This document shows positions 1-8,489 of a DNA stretch of 16,289 bases, in pieces. The notes beneath the pieces were generated by a model. It was not told the DNA's origin. It saw nothing but the letters and a program-made list of their open reading frames with translations, and searched no databases. Each line of letters begins with the position of its first letter. Position 1 is the first letter of the stretch. The position numbers and the translations under genes were made by a program. The stretch is from Armatimonadota bacterium (GTDB lineage: Bacteria > Vulcanimicrobiota > JACPDS01 > JBDRKI01): NCBI GenBank assembly GCA_043814095.1, contig JBDRKI010000008.1, positions 1 through 16,289 on the forward strand. Reading direction: 5' to 3'.

Positions 1-120
1 TTCTGCGGAATAGAATTAGACAGAGACTTAAATGCCGCAATAAATATTCTTAGGTTCGGGCAGAACCTTCGGGCGCTAACGCAGCGGACTGCCGCAAGCG
101 TAGCCCGAGAATCTCCTTGA
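1..120 (+). CDS. tnpB: IS200/IS605-family TnpB (RNA-guided endonuclease), 3' fragment; gene starts upstream of window
   Basis: Frame 1 from base 1 translates FCGIELDRDLNAAINILRFGQNLRALTQRTAASVARESP* (TGA 118-120). CG (end of Zn ribbon) followed by DRDxNAAxNI is the TnpB RuvC-III signature. Not in the ORF track because it is 5'-truncated. Confidence 0.92.
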   Translation, partial: FCGIELDRDLNAAINILRFGQNLRALTQRTAASVARESP

Positions 121-141
121 ATTTATTCAGGAGAGTGTCAA
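1..141 (+). mobile_element. IS200/IS605-family element, right end
   Basis: GAAT (109-112) precedes a bulged hairpin TCTCC-T-TGAA/TTCA-GGAGA (112-134), then terminal TCAA (138-141). This is the GAAT guide / hairpin / TCAA cleavage-site arrangement known from IS608- and ISDra2-type right ends, and it lies directly after tnpB. Confidence 0.85.
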
Positions 142-160
142 TTTGTTGGTTAAATCCATA
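52..160 (+). ncRNA. TnpB omegaRNA/reRNA: 3' scaffold plus predicted guide from flanking DNA (guide starts at 142, TTTGTTGGTTAAATCCATA...)
   Basis: Hairpins overlap the tnpB 3' end: AGGTTC/GAACCT (52-68); a long interrupted stem 69-108 (TCGG/CCGA, GCTA/TAGC, CGC/GCG, GCGG/CCGC); and the right-end hairpin 112-134. TnpB guide RNAs are known to derive from the right end and read into the flank. Both ends of the RNA are inferred. Confidence 0.65.
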
Positions 161-304
161 CATGTTTTAATGGCTTTGTTGGAAGCGCCGACAACATCTG
201 AAGGTCTTAATGATTTTGCAGAAATTCCTGTAAGGGCCGCATACATACCGCTTAATTGATTCCTGTATGTAGATGGAAGAACTTTGATTTTGCTCTGTGG
301 CGAA

Positions 305-333
305 ATTATAGCAAAAAGAGGGGCTTGTGTCCA
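305..333 (-). promoter_or_regulatory. sigma70-type promoter on minus strand
   Basis: Minus strand reads TGGACA (333-328), a 17-nt spacer, then TATAAT (310-305) with an extended -10 TGn immediately upstream. Confidence 0.55.
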
Positions 334-743
334 ATATTTTAAGAAAAAATTTGGCGATTGGACAAAAAAATGCCTGCCGCGAACAGGGATTGGGCAATTA
401 GCGGGAAAATTTCAGATAAAGAAATGATTTTGGGACATAATTAACCTATCCCGCTTTATGAATAATTAAGACGCCAACGGCACCTCGTCATCCCAGACAG
501 GGTCTTGACAATACGCATCCCAACCATAATCAATATCCGCGCAGTAATCCGCGGAAGAATCAATTATTCTTTTCAAAACAAAAGTTAATAATATTTCAGA
601 GAAGACATAGTAAAGAAAAATTACCTAAATGATTTAAAACGAATTTTTAATTCTATGCCCAAAGGATGGCAAGATAAAGCTTTCAAGGGCTTGATAAAAT
701 CGGACGAGATATCGATATCAGAATTGCTTAGATAAGAAGCGAT

Positions 744-2357
744 TTAACGGAATTGGTTCTCGTCAAAATCATTTAAAAAACCGGTTGAAGTAACATCCCC
801 GCCCACAACGGATCTTACCACAAGATGTATCTTTGTTTTAAGTGATTTAGTTAAAGATGCCTGCATGTTTTTTACCTGAGGTGCTTCTATTATTTTAGGG
901 GTTCTTGCAACTGCGAATACCAGAAGATAGTCATTTTTCTTTTTATACCTGAATTCGGTAAGTTCTGCTCCTTTTACGGTTTTATGTAAATTTACCCGCA
1001 GTTGTTTTTCAATCTCATCATGAAATTTTAATTCTTCCGGTGTAAGTTTTTTTCCCACCTCTTCAGGCTGGTAAAGATACTGCTGTGCGTCAGCAACGGA
1101 TGTAATGCTTGATGTTATAATGAGTTTTACCTGCCGTCCGTCCGCGCTGTTTATATTATCCTGTATTTTTTCAACTTCATCGGGTGTTATCTTATGCGGG
1201 GTTCTTACGGTTGCCATTATGGTATGGGTATCTTTGTCTATGAGCACATCGGCAAGCTGGGTGCCCGGGTAGTTTTTAAGCTGGTCAACAAGCAGCTTTG
1301 AGAGGGAATCCGTTTTTTTCTGGTATTCCATGTTTTTTATCTCTGATTCGTCTAAAAATACGGGGCCTTTACTGTCGCTTGCTTTTGAAGACAGGGATTC
1401 AACAATCAGGTAAATTTTAGGGTTTAATTTCTCCCTTAACTCTTGTTGTATTTGAGATATTCTTAAAGGTTCCAGAGGGTGCTGGGTTAGTACGTCAATA
1501 GTTACGTCTATTGAATTTTTCGTTTTAGTATATTCTGTATCAAGAATTCTGGTTCCGGCTATAGAGTTTATCTCTTCTTTCAGTATAGTATTTAATTTTT
1601 CCGAGAACCTGTTCTCGTTTATCATATTTACGAAAGTATAGGTCATAAAACCTGCCAGGATAAACAGTATTATTATGCTGGGAGCGAATTTTCTTGTGAA
1701 AACTGCGGCGGTACCGTTTTGCTGTTCTCTTTTGGGCAGCATTCCCATAAATAAAAAAACAAGCGCTGCCATAAGTTCTATTGATATAAGGTTGGCGAGG
1801 AAGAAGAAAAATGCGCCTGCTGCCTGGGACCATCTTCCTACCGCTAAACATAACCCGCATGCCGCAAGAGGAGGAAGAAGGGCGGTTGCTACGGCTATGC
1901 CTGCAAGGGCGGCGCTTATCCGTTTATACAAAAGTGCGTAAGTCCCGGCGAGCCCTGCCGCCAGGGCAATGATAACATCATATATGTTGGGATGGGTTCT
2001 TGCTAAAATCTCTGTACCGAATGCCGGCCGCATGGGTACCAACCCTATAATAACAGATATGCCTAAAGCAAGGAGTATGCCTAAAATTTCGGCAAAGAGC
2101 GCGTCTCTTGTAAGTTTATTATTTCCCGTTAATAATCCAAGGGCTATGCCGAATATAGGGCCCATAAGAGGGGCCACGAGCATAGCGCCTATAACTACAG
2201 CGGCGCTGTTTGAAAGAAGCCCGTATGAAGCTATTACAGCAGAAAGGCACATCATAAGAAAATACGATTTTTTAGGGGAAGAAAGATCTATAATATTTTT
2301 TCTCAGCTCTTCCTTCGGTTCTATATCGGTATCCGGCAGTATCCTGAATGCGTTCAT
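744..2357 (-). CDS. DUF389 / TIGR00341-family integral membrane protein with extended C-terminal region
   Basis: Motifs IASYGLLSNSAAVVIGAMLVAPLMGPI, EILART.PNIYD..IALAAG.AG, LAGIAVATALLPPL..CG and FLANL..I; about 7 hydrophobic segments; AAGGTG RBS-like sequence before ATG. Confidence 0.88.
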   Translation of the reverse strand: MNAFRILPDTDIEPKEELRKNIIDLSSPKKSYFLMMCLSAVIASYGLLSNSAAVVIGAMLVAPLMGPIFGIALGLLTGNNKLTRDALFAEILGILLALGISVIIGLVPMRPAFGTEILARTHPNIYDVIIALAAGLAGTYALLYKRISAALAGIAVATALLPPLAACGLCLAVGRWSQAAGAFFFFLANLISIELMAALVFLFMGMLPKREQQNGTAAVFTRKFAPSIIILFILAGFMTYTFVNMINENRFSEKLNTILKEEINSIAGTRILDTEYTKTKNSIDVTIDVLTQHPLEPLRISQIQQELREKLNPKIYLIVESLSSKASDSKGPVFLDESEIKNMEYQKKTDSLSKLLVDQLKNYPGTQLADVLIDKDTHTIMATVRTPHKITPDEVEKIQDNINSADGRQVKLIITSSITSVADAQQYLYQPEEVGKKLTPEELKFHDEIEKQLRVNLHKTVKGAELTEFRYKKKNDYLLVFAVARTPKIIEAPQVKNMQASLTKSLKTKIHLVVRSVVGGDVTSTGFLNDFDENQFR

Positions 2358-2361
2358 CTTG

Positions 2362-3144
2362 TCACCTTGCTTTTGCTTTTATATTTATAATCGGCTTTAT
2401 AACAGGCTTCATGGTCTTTAAAAGCCGGTTCTTAAATCCCGGTATGACTATCACTTTATTCTTATTTAAAGCTTCCATGGATTCATTCACGACGTCTTCC
2501 GCGTTCATCCATAATATTTTAGGGATTTTATCCCTATGATCGGATTTATATTCAGAGGTATCATGGAAGCCAGTGTAAGTAAATCCCGGGCAGAGGGCCT
2601 GGACTTTAACTCCGGTGCCTTTAAGCTCTGCGCTTAATCCTTCGGAGAAGAAACTCATAAAGCATTTTGTGGCCCCGTAGTTTATCCCCTTTGGTACAGG
2701 CGTAAACCCGGCCATTGAGGATACATTTATGATTACTCCTTCACCGTGTGATATCATTTTCGGCAGCGCCGCGTGAGTTAAGCGGAGCATGGCCGTTATG
2801 TGCACTGTTATCATATCGGTTTCTTTATCTATGTTGCTTTTATAGAAGTAGCCGGGGGATGTGCCGAAACCCGCGTTGTTTATAAGGATATACAGGTCAT
2901 TCATAAGGGCTATCTGTTTTTCCAGTTTAATTATATCTGTGAGTTTTGAAAGATCAGCAGTAAGAACCTCGGCATTTACGGAGTATTTTGCCTCAAGCCG
3001 GCATGCAAGTTTTTCTAAAAGATTTTTCCTTCTTGCGGTAAGCACGAGATTGTATCCCAGAGAAGCAAGCTTTTTTGCGAATACTTCGCCTATGCCACTT
3101 GAAGCTCCGGTTATAAGGGCGGTTTTTGTTTTTTTATCGTCCAC
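2362..3144 (-). CDS. Short-chain dehydrogenase/reductase (SDR), probably NADP-dependent
   Basis: TGASSGIG nucleotide-binding motif, ARR, NNAG, catalytic Ser (NVSS) and YGATK (YxxxK), LCPGFT.T. GTG start with GGGGGA RBS. Confidence 0.93.
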   Translation of the reverse strand: MDDKKTKTALITGASSGIGEVFAKKLASLGYNLVLTARRKNLLEKLACRLEAKYSVNAEVLTADLSKLTDIIKLEKQIALMNDLYILINNAGFGTSPGYFYKSNIDKETDMITVHITAMLRLTHAALPKMISHGEGVIINVSSMAGFTPVPKGINYGATKCFMSFFSEGLSAELKGTGVKVQALCPGFTYTGFHDTSEYKSDHRDKIPKILWMNAEDVVNESMEALNKNKVIVIPGFKNRLLKTMKPVIKPIINIKAKAR

Positions 3145-3175
3145 GGTATCCCCCGTAAAACAGACTTATTTATTT

Positions 3176-4492
3176 TTAAGATTTAGTTTCTTTATTTTTG
3201 CCTTCTTTTAAAGTTAAATCAACGTCTTCCCAGATATTATTGGTAAGATTTTCAACCTGTTCTGGAGTTTGTTTTCCTCCGGATTCTTTTACCTGTTTAG
3301 CAATGTCTTCCTTTAGTTTCTCTTTATTGAATTTTTCAGGGTTAGCATCAAACCATAGTGCTCTCTGAACTACGGTTTTAAGGTATTTTTCTTTAGGCAT
3401 ATCCGTATGGAATTTATCGGCATCGGACAGTTTTTTGCCTGCCTTAATAATTTCAGCGGGGATCTCATATTTTTCAGGATATTCCCACTGATTTTCTACT
3501 GTCCATTCAGGTTTTGGTTTTCCCTCTTCCTTGATTTGCTCCGGGGTAGGCGGTGGTATTAAGTCGGGAGAAAGGCAGTAACCGGGAACTTCCACTACTG
3601 TTACCGGTTCTTTTAATTCTACAGCTACATCTTCACTTATCATCATGGTCTGTACGCCTTCTGTTTCAGGGCATACAGGAGTACCTGACGGGATCTCAAG
3701 AACATATGCATCGGGGGTTGTACGGGTGATTTCCAGAACAAAAACATCACCTGCCGCTATCCCTTTACCTGTAAAATCTATTCTTGCCCTGCCGAATCTT
3801 ACGGCATCACGTATAAGCGCCACACCTCTTGGATCGTAATTTCTAGCGTTTATCTTTCTTTTATTAGCTGCTGTCAGCGCGTCATAATATGTTTTTCTAC
3901 GTCTTCTTATTTCGTCAATCTGAACTTGGCTAAGGCCGGTTTTTGCTGCTTCTTCAAGTTCCTTGTCATAAGCTTCGCACTCATTCATATCCCGGGATTT
4001 ATCACCGTCTATCCATGTGCCGCTTTTAGCCTGGTCAGCATGAACAAATTCATGCAGTTTTGTAGTGCCCAGTAATTCCGCATTTTCAAACGCGTTTTCC
4101 CCGATTTTGACAGTTCCGCTTTTAGATGTTTCCGCTTCTCCTGTAACCCCAAGATCATACTGTGGTTCGCCTTTAACATTAGTGGCATCAGGCTTATAAT
4201 ACTTATCTGCCAGCTCTATTGCTTCCTGACGGGCCTTTTCAAATTTATCAAGCAGGTCAAATGCTTCTTCTCTGAATTTTCTTGCCTTCTCTTTATCATC
4301 CGCTCTATAAGCTTCTCTCATTTTATCGATTTTATCTTTGATATCTTGTTTTAACTGGTTGCCTTCATCAATTTTATCCTGAATTTCTTGTTTCTGTGCA
4401 GCGGTCGGCGCCTGATATGCGTTAGCTACCTGAGGCATGAGTACTGAGAAGAGAAATATTAAACAAATCAGTAAAATTAATTTTCTTTTCAT
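3176..4492 (-). CDS. Secreted protein: coiled-coil N-terminus, HExxH zinc-metallopeptidase-like domain, C-terminal YC...QxAxW domain
   Basis: Signal peptide MKRKLILL...ANA; HEFVH at 4054-4040 with downstream NECEAY (candidate third-ligand Glu); GYCLSP and VQRALW in the C-terminal half; GGAGG RBS. Confidence 0.65.
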   Translation of the reverse strand: MKRKLILLICLIFLFSVLMPQVANAYQAPTAAQKQEIQDKIDEGNQLKQDIKDKIDKMREAYRADDKEKARKFREEAFDLLDKFEKARQEAIELADKYYKPDATNVKGEPQYDLGVTGEAETSKSGTVKIGENAFENAELLGTTKLHEFVHADQAKSGTWIDGDKSRDMNECEAYDKELEEAAKTGLSQVQIDEIRRRRKTYYDALTAANKRKINARNYDPRGVALIRDAVRFGRARIDFTGKGIAAGDVFVLEITRTTPDAYVLEIPSGTPVCPETEGVQTMMISEDVAVELKEPVTVVEVPGYCLSPDLIPPPTPEQIKEEGKPKPEWTVENQWEYPEKYEIPAEIIKAGKKLSDADKFHTDMPKEKYLKTVVQRALWFDANPEKFNKEKLKEDIAKQVKESGGKQTPEQVENLTNNIWEDVDLTLKEGKNKETKS

Positions 4493-4520
4493 TTATTTAG
4501 CCTCCATCTCTTTATCAAAA

Positions 4521-5072
4521 TTATTTTTTAATGGTAATCTTAACAGTGTTAGATTTAAGATTTCCTGTCCAGGCTTTCATGCCTTCTGCTTGAGCTCTGT
4601 TGCTGTAAACTGCGAATATAGTATAAAGGCCAGGTTCTTTTAAACCATAAGCCTCGGTAAGGTCATAGCCTTTTATATCGAAAAACCCCATAAAATTAGG
4701 TTTTTCTATGCTTTCCCCAGGATTTAAGGTGGTAAAATCCTCAAGTTTAGGTTCACCTGCTCTGATACGCAGCTGGAAGGGAAGCTGGATACCCTTAGCG
4801 TTCTTAATCACGAAATATACCTCGTGCGGGCTCGGTGATTCAAAATTAACTAAAAAACGTTCATTAACCCTGATCGGTTCTTTGCTTATATTAGTCAGTA
4901 TCATTTTGCATAATACGTGTTCGTCTGCATTAAAGGTTGTTTTATCAAAAACAATTTCAAATTTCAAAGGCGCCTCCGTAACAGGTTCCTCCGTCCAAAC
5001 AGGATTTACGGCCATATACAGCATAAATCCAAATACAAGCAGAGTGACAGCCATTTTAATCATGCGTTTCAT
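4521..5072 (-). CDS. Secreted hypothetical protein, Ig-like beta-sandwich resembling M35 metallopeptidase prodomains
   Basis: Signal peptide; pattern LTNISKEPIRV...DFTTLNPGES...DLTEAYGLKEPGLYTI...SNTVKITI; AGGAGG RBS. The ORF is solid, but the family resemblance is by eye. Confidence 0.6.
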   Translation of the reverse strand: MKRMIKMAVTLLVFGFMLYMAVNPVWTEEPVTEAPLKFEIVFDKTTFNADEHVLCKMILTNISKEPIRVNERFLVNFESPSPHEVYFVIKNAKGIQLPFQLRIRAGEPKLEDFTTLNPGESIEKPNFMGFFDIKGYDLTEAYGLKEPGLYTIFAVYSNRAQAEGMKAWTGNLKSNTVKITIKK

Positions 5073-5076
5073 AATT

Positions 5077-5799
5077 TTATTCCTCCTTTTTACTATCAGG
5101 ACATTGATTTTTTTCCATAGAAGGTTTTTTTGTTAAATCTATAGTTTCCCATGTTTCCTTTTTAGATGTTGTTTCTATTTCACAGGTTTTCCAGTTATAT
5201 GAAATATCATAAGTTCTGGGCCCTGTGAGGGCTTTGATTTCAAAACTGTAGATATTTTCGCTTCCCCCGGAAGTTATAACAGTTTGTTCATTGCCGTCGG
5301 GAAGCGCGACTACATCAGGGGATTGGTTCTTAAAATTAATTTCTACCGGGTTTTCGGTCCCCGTTACTTTGAATGTTCCTGTTATGGTTTTTCCGACTTT
5401 GGCAATCGGATCGGTTACCGTAAGAGTTATTTTTATTCTCGGAGCCTTGGATGTAATATCTTCTTTTTCGCCTAATTTAAAAGGCGCGGGATTACTTTTT
5501 TTACCGTCAATTTCCACAATTACATCACATTCTTCGATCCCTTCAGGGACCTCTACCGCGATCGATTTTTCAGCGGCAACTACAATTTTAGCGGTTTTGT
5601 CCCCGAAAAATACCTTGACTTTGCTTTTGTCGGCAGTAAAGCCGCTTCCCCTTATGAAAACCATTTCTCCCGCAGGCGCGGTATCGGGGAATACTTTATC
5701 TATTTTCGGAGTTTCCTGGGTATATCCGCGCACTATTAGAAGCATAGAAAAAATTAATATGAGAAGTATTATAAAAAGTTTTCTTTTCTGAATTTGCAT
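5077..5799 (-). CDS. Secreted IPT/TIG domain protein
   Basis: Signal/anchor peptide, then PKIDKVFP...AGEMVFIRGSGF...VKVFFG...IAVEVP...SNPAPF (TIG consensus), plus a second beta-rich domain; GGGGA RBS. Confidence 0.75.
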   Translation of the reverse strand: MQIQKRKLFIILLILIFSMLLIVRGYTQETPKIDKVFPDTAPAGEMVFIRGSGFTADKSKVKVFFGDKTAKIVVAAEKSIAVEVPEGIEECDVIVEIDGKKSNPAPFKLGEKEDITSKAPRIKITLTVTDPIAKVGKTITGTFKVTGTENPVEINFKNQSPDVVALPDGNEQTVITSGGSENIYSFEIKALTGPRTYDISYNWKTCEIETTSKKETWETIDLTKKPSMEKNQCPDSKKEE

Positions 5800-5934
5800 T
5801 ATTCCCCCATAATTAATATTATCTTTTATATTCTATTATTTAATAAATAGCCCTTTTTATTTTAAGAAAGTCATGATAGGAAAAAAGCATAAATGTACGA
5901 AGAGATAATATATATTTTAATAAAGAGGTGCGAT

Positions 5935-6402
5935 ATGACTTCAAAGAAAAAATCATGGCGTGAAAAATTAAATAATTCTAAAGGTTTGCCTAAAGTATCG
6001 AAATTAACCGGAAAGATGGCCGAAAAATGGGGCAAGGGCACGATAGCTATCCCTGCGCCCTTGGAAGTTGATAATATTATGAAGAAGGTTCCCAAAGGCA
6101 GAGTTACAACCGTAAATGAGATACGTTCAATTATAGCCAAGAAACATAAAGCTACAATAGGATGTCCTATGGTTACCGGTATTTTTGCCCGGATATCGGC
6201 AGAGGCGGCTTGTGAAGCTGAAAAAGAAGGGCAGAAAAACATAACCCCTTACTGGCGCACGTTAAAATCAGGCGGGGTGATAAACGAAAAATACCCCGGC
6301 GGGGCAGAAGCACAGAAAAAACTTCTGGAAAAAGAAGGACATAAAGTAATTAAAAAAGGCAGTAAATTCGTGGTTCTGGATTTTGAGAAGTACCTTTACT
6401 GA
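5935..6402 (+). CDS. MGMT-family DNA-binding / alkyltransferase-like (ATL) protein
   Basis: VPKGRVTT HTH entry and PYWR in place of catalytic PCHR, followed by G.INEKYPGG.EAQ..LLE.EG. Start moved from 5893 to ATG 5935, which follows a GAGGTG RBS. Confidence 0.8.
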   Translation: MTSKKKSWREKLNNSKGLPKVSKLTGKMAEKWGKGTIAIPAPLEVDNIMKKVPKGRVTTVNEIRSIIAKKHKATIGCPMVTGIFARISAEAACEAEKEGQKNITPYWRTLKSGGVINEKYPGGAEAQKKLLEKEGHKVIKKGSKFVVLDFEKYLY

Positions 6403-7898
6403 TTTATTTCATCAAGAAAGTCACAGGTATCTTTATATAATCCTGTTTCTACTTTAATTTCATAACCCAGTTCCAGATGCAGGTCTTTTTCAGAGTTGTA
6501 GGAAGGCCAGAAGGGGAGCTCATCGGAGTTAGGGTTTCCCGTCTTGGCAAAATTAGTCCAGTACATCATAACAGCGTTCGAAAGCTTAAAATCTATATCT
6601 TTATAACCGCTTGTTTTTTCATCTTTTAAAGTGCCGAACACGTAATCTATCTCCACTCCGTGATGGGCTCCGAGTTTTTTACCTTCTTCCGTCATGGGTA
6701 TCCACGTAAACTGGTAAAGATAAGCCTTGTTTCCAGCTCTGTCAACGGATTTGGCGATTACTCTCGCGGGGTGCGCAAACCCGGCAATGGTTAAGAGGCG
6801 GTTTGCCGCGGAAGATGTGTCTTCATCTTTTTTTACGGGGAATCTTTTTAATATCTCAGGAGAGTTTTCCCCGAATAATTTGTTGACCCATCCTTTATAA
6901 TCTTCAACAGTCATGTCTTTTAAAAATATCGTGCCTTCATCAAGGTTGGATCCCACGATTACCGGTATATTATGCTGAGTAGTTTCTTTAAAAGAGATGA
7001 CGGGGTCGTCGGGTATTATCCAGCCGTCGTATACCGGTCCCATATTTAAAGTTTTAAAAAGATCTTCGGTGTCTATACCTGCCGCGTCTATAAGTTCATG
7101 GGGAGTTTTTGATCTCAGCGCTTCCAAAATATCCGGCTCTTTATCACAGCCCAGTTTTGCCGTAATTTCATCGCCTGTTTTCAAAGCCTGCTTTAACCTG
7201 CCGGTAAAATCAGGGGCTATGTACCTGTTAGTTAAGGGGGCGCCGCTTTCTAATATCGCTTTATGGAATAATCCTTTTGTAAGAGGGCTTGTCATAAGAA
7301 TACTTATGCTTAAGCTTCCCGCTGACTCTCCGAAAACAGTCACATTACTTGGATCACCGCCGAATTCCCGGATATTTTTCTTTACCCAGTTTAAACCGGC
7401 TATCTGGTCCATAAGTCCGTAATTTCCGGATGCGCCCTGGCGTGATTCTCTTGAAAGAAGCCGGTGGACCATAAACCCGAGAGCGCCTAGCCTGTAGTTT
7501 ATGGTTACAACCACAACACCGAGCTTTGCAAGGTGATCCCCTCTGTATATGGGCTCTGACCCGGAGCCCCCTATAAAAGCCCCGCCGTGTATCCAGAACA
7601 TCACGGGGAGGTTGTCTTCTTTGGTATGAGCGGGTGTCCATATATTAAGATAAAGGCAGTCTTCGCTTTGTGAAGTTATAGTGGAAGTATGCTGAGAAGA
7701 AGCTTGAGGGCAGGCAGGTCCGAACTGGTCGGCATTACGTACACCGTACCATTGATCGTAAGGCGCGGGCTCTTTCCAGCGCATATTTTCCGCGGTTGAA
7801 GCGGCGAAAGGGATGCCTTTGAACGCCGAAATAACGGATCCTGATTCTGAGGGAGCGCTGCGCAGGACACCTGATTCTGTTTTGGCAAGTAAGATCAT
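6396..7898 (-). CDS. Type-B carboxylesterase/lipase (alpha/beta hydrolase, PnbA-like)
   Basis: FKGIPFA, SEDCLYLNIWTP, WIHGGAF, NYRLG, NYGLMDQ, nucleophile GESAG, acid NLDEG, catalytic His in HGVE. Confidence 0.95.
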   Translation of the reverse strand: MILLAKTESGVLRSAPSESGSVISAFKGIPFAASTAENMRWKEPAPYDQWYGVRNADQFGPACPQASSQHTSTITSQSEDCLYLNIWTPAHTKEDNLPVMFWIHGGAFIGGSGSEPIYRGDHLAKLGVVVVTINYRLGALGFMVHRLLSRESRQGASGNYGLMDQIAGLNWVKKNIREFGGDPSNVTVFGESAGSLSISILMTSPLTKGLFHKAILESGAPLTNRYIAPDFTGRLKQALKTGDEITAKLGCDKEPDILEALRSKTPHELIDAAGIDTEDLFKTLNMGPVYDGWIIPDDPVISFKETTQHNIPVIVGSNLDEGTIFLKDMTVEDYKGWVNKLFGENSPEILKRFPVKKDEDTSSAANRLLTIAGFAHPARVIAKSVDRAGNKAYLYQFTWIPMTEEGKKLGAHHGVEIDYVFGTLKDEKTSGYKDIDFKLSNAVMMYWTNFAKTGNPNSDELPFWPSYNSEKDLHLELGYEIKVETGLYKDTCDFLDEINQ

Positions 7899-8033
7899 CT
7901 TTTATCCCTACCTTAATTTAATAGGTTATCATATTACTTCTTATATTATAAATAATTTCCTTTGAAGGTGAAAAAGGTAAAAAGGAATCTTTTACGAATT
8001 TCTTTTTGTATGAAACGTTCAGGGAGGATAAAT

Positions 8034-8471
8034 ATGGTTAAAAAACATCATTTATGTCTAATACTGCTTGTATCCGCGGTTATATTATCTTCAATAATAC
8101 TGCCCGCGGCCGGCATAGAAGCAGAGACTTATTCAATACTAACCGATGCTCCCGCAGGGCTCAAACCGGGACAGTCGGGTGATATTACCGTTAAGATTAA
8201 GGCAAAACAGGGATTTAAGATCAATAACGCTTATCCGATTAAACTTAAAATGTCCGCGCCTCCTGACGGTATTCAGTATAAAAAGCTTACATTGAAAAGA
8301 GAAGACGGCATGCTTGAAGCCGACGGAAAGATATTTGTATTTAAAGTGCCCGTAACCGCTGTTCAAGCAGGCACATTCAGGGTTAAAGGCGAGCTTAAAT
8401 TCAGCGTGTGCAATGATTCAAGGTGTGTGATTGAAAAGAAAACAATAACCGCGAACATGGTTGTGCATTAA
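8034..8471 (+). CDS. Secreted DsbD N-terminal-domain-like protein
   Basis: ATG 8034 after GGGAGG RBS (preferred over 7962); signal peptide; Ig-like pattern with GFKIN...P and a C-terminal FSVCNDSRC cysteine pair typical of nDsbD-like domains. Confidence 0.6.
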   Translation: MVKKHHLCLILLVSAVILSSIILPAAGIEAETYSILTDAPAGLKPGQSGDITVKIKAKQGFKINNAYPIKLKMSAPPDGIQYKKLTLKREDGMLEADGKIFVFKVPVTAVQAGTFRVKGELKFSVCNDSRCVIEKKTITANMVVH

Positions 8472-8489
8472 AAAAAAATCAAGGTAAAA

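Noticed and set aside
167-397. 76-aa minus-strand ORF from the track
   Set aside because: No recognisable motif or RBS; it spans the predicted promoter and looks like a chance frame in degraded DNA.
592-735. Plus-strand open stretch (…REDIVKKNYLNDLKRIFNSMPKGWQDKAFKGLIKSDEISISELLR*)
   Set aside because: Protein-like, but bounded upstream by in-frame stops with no credible start or family match. It may be a gene relic, but I cannot support a call.
4152-4161. AGATCATACT matches the first 10 nt of the msd stem arm, a possible msDNA target
   Set aside because: A single 10-nt AT-rich match in 16 kb on two strands is compatible with chance, and it does not extend.
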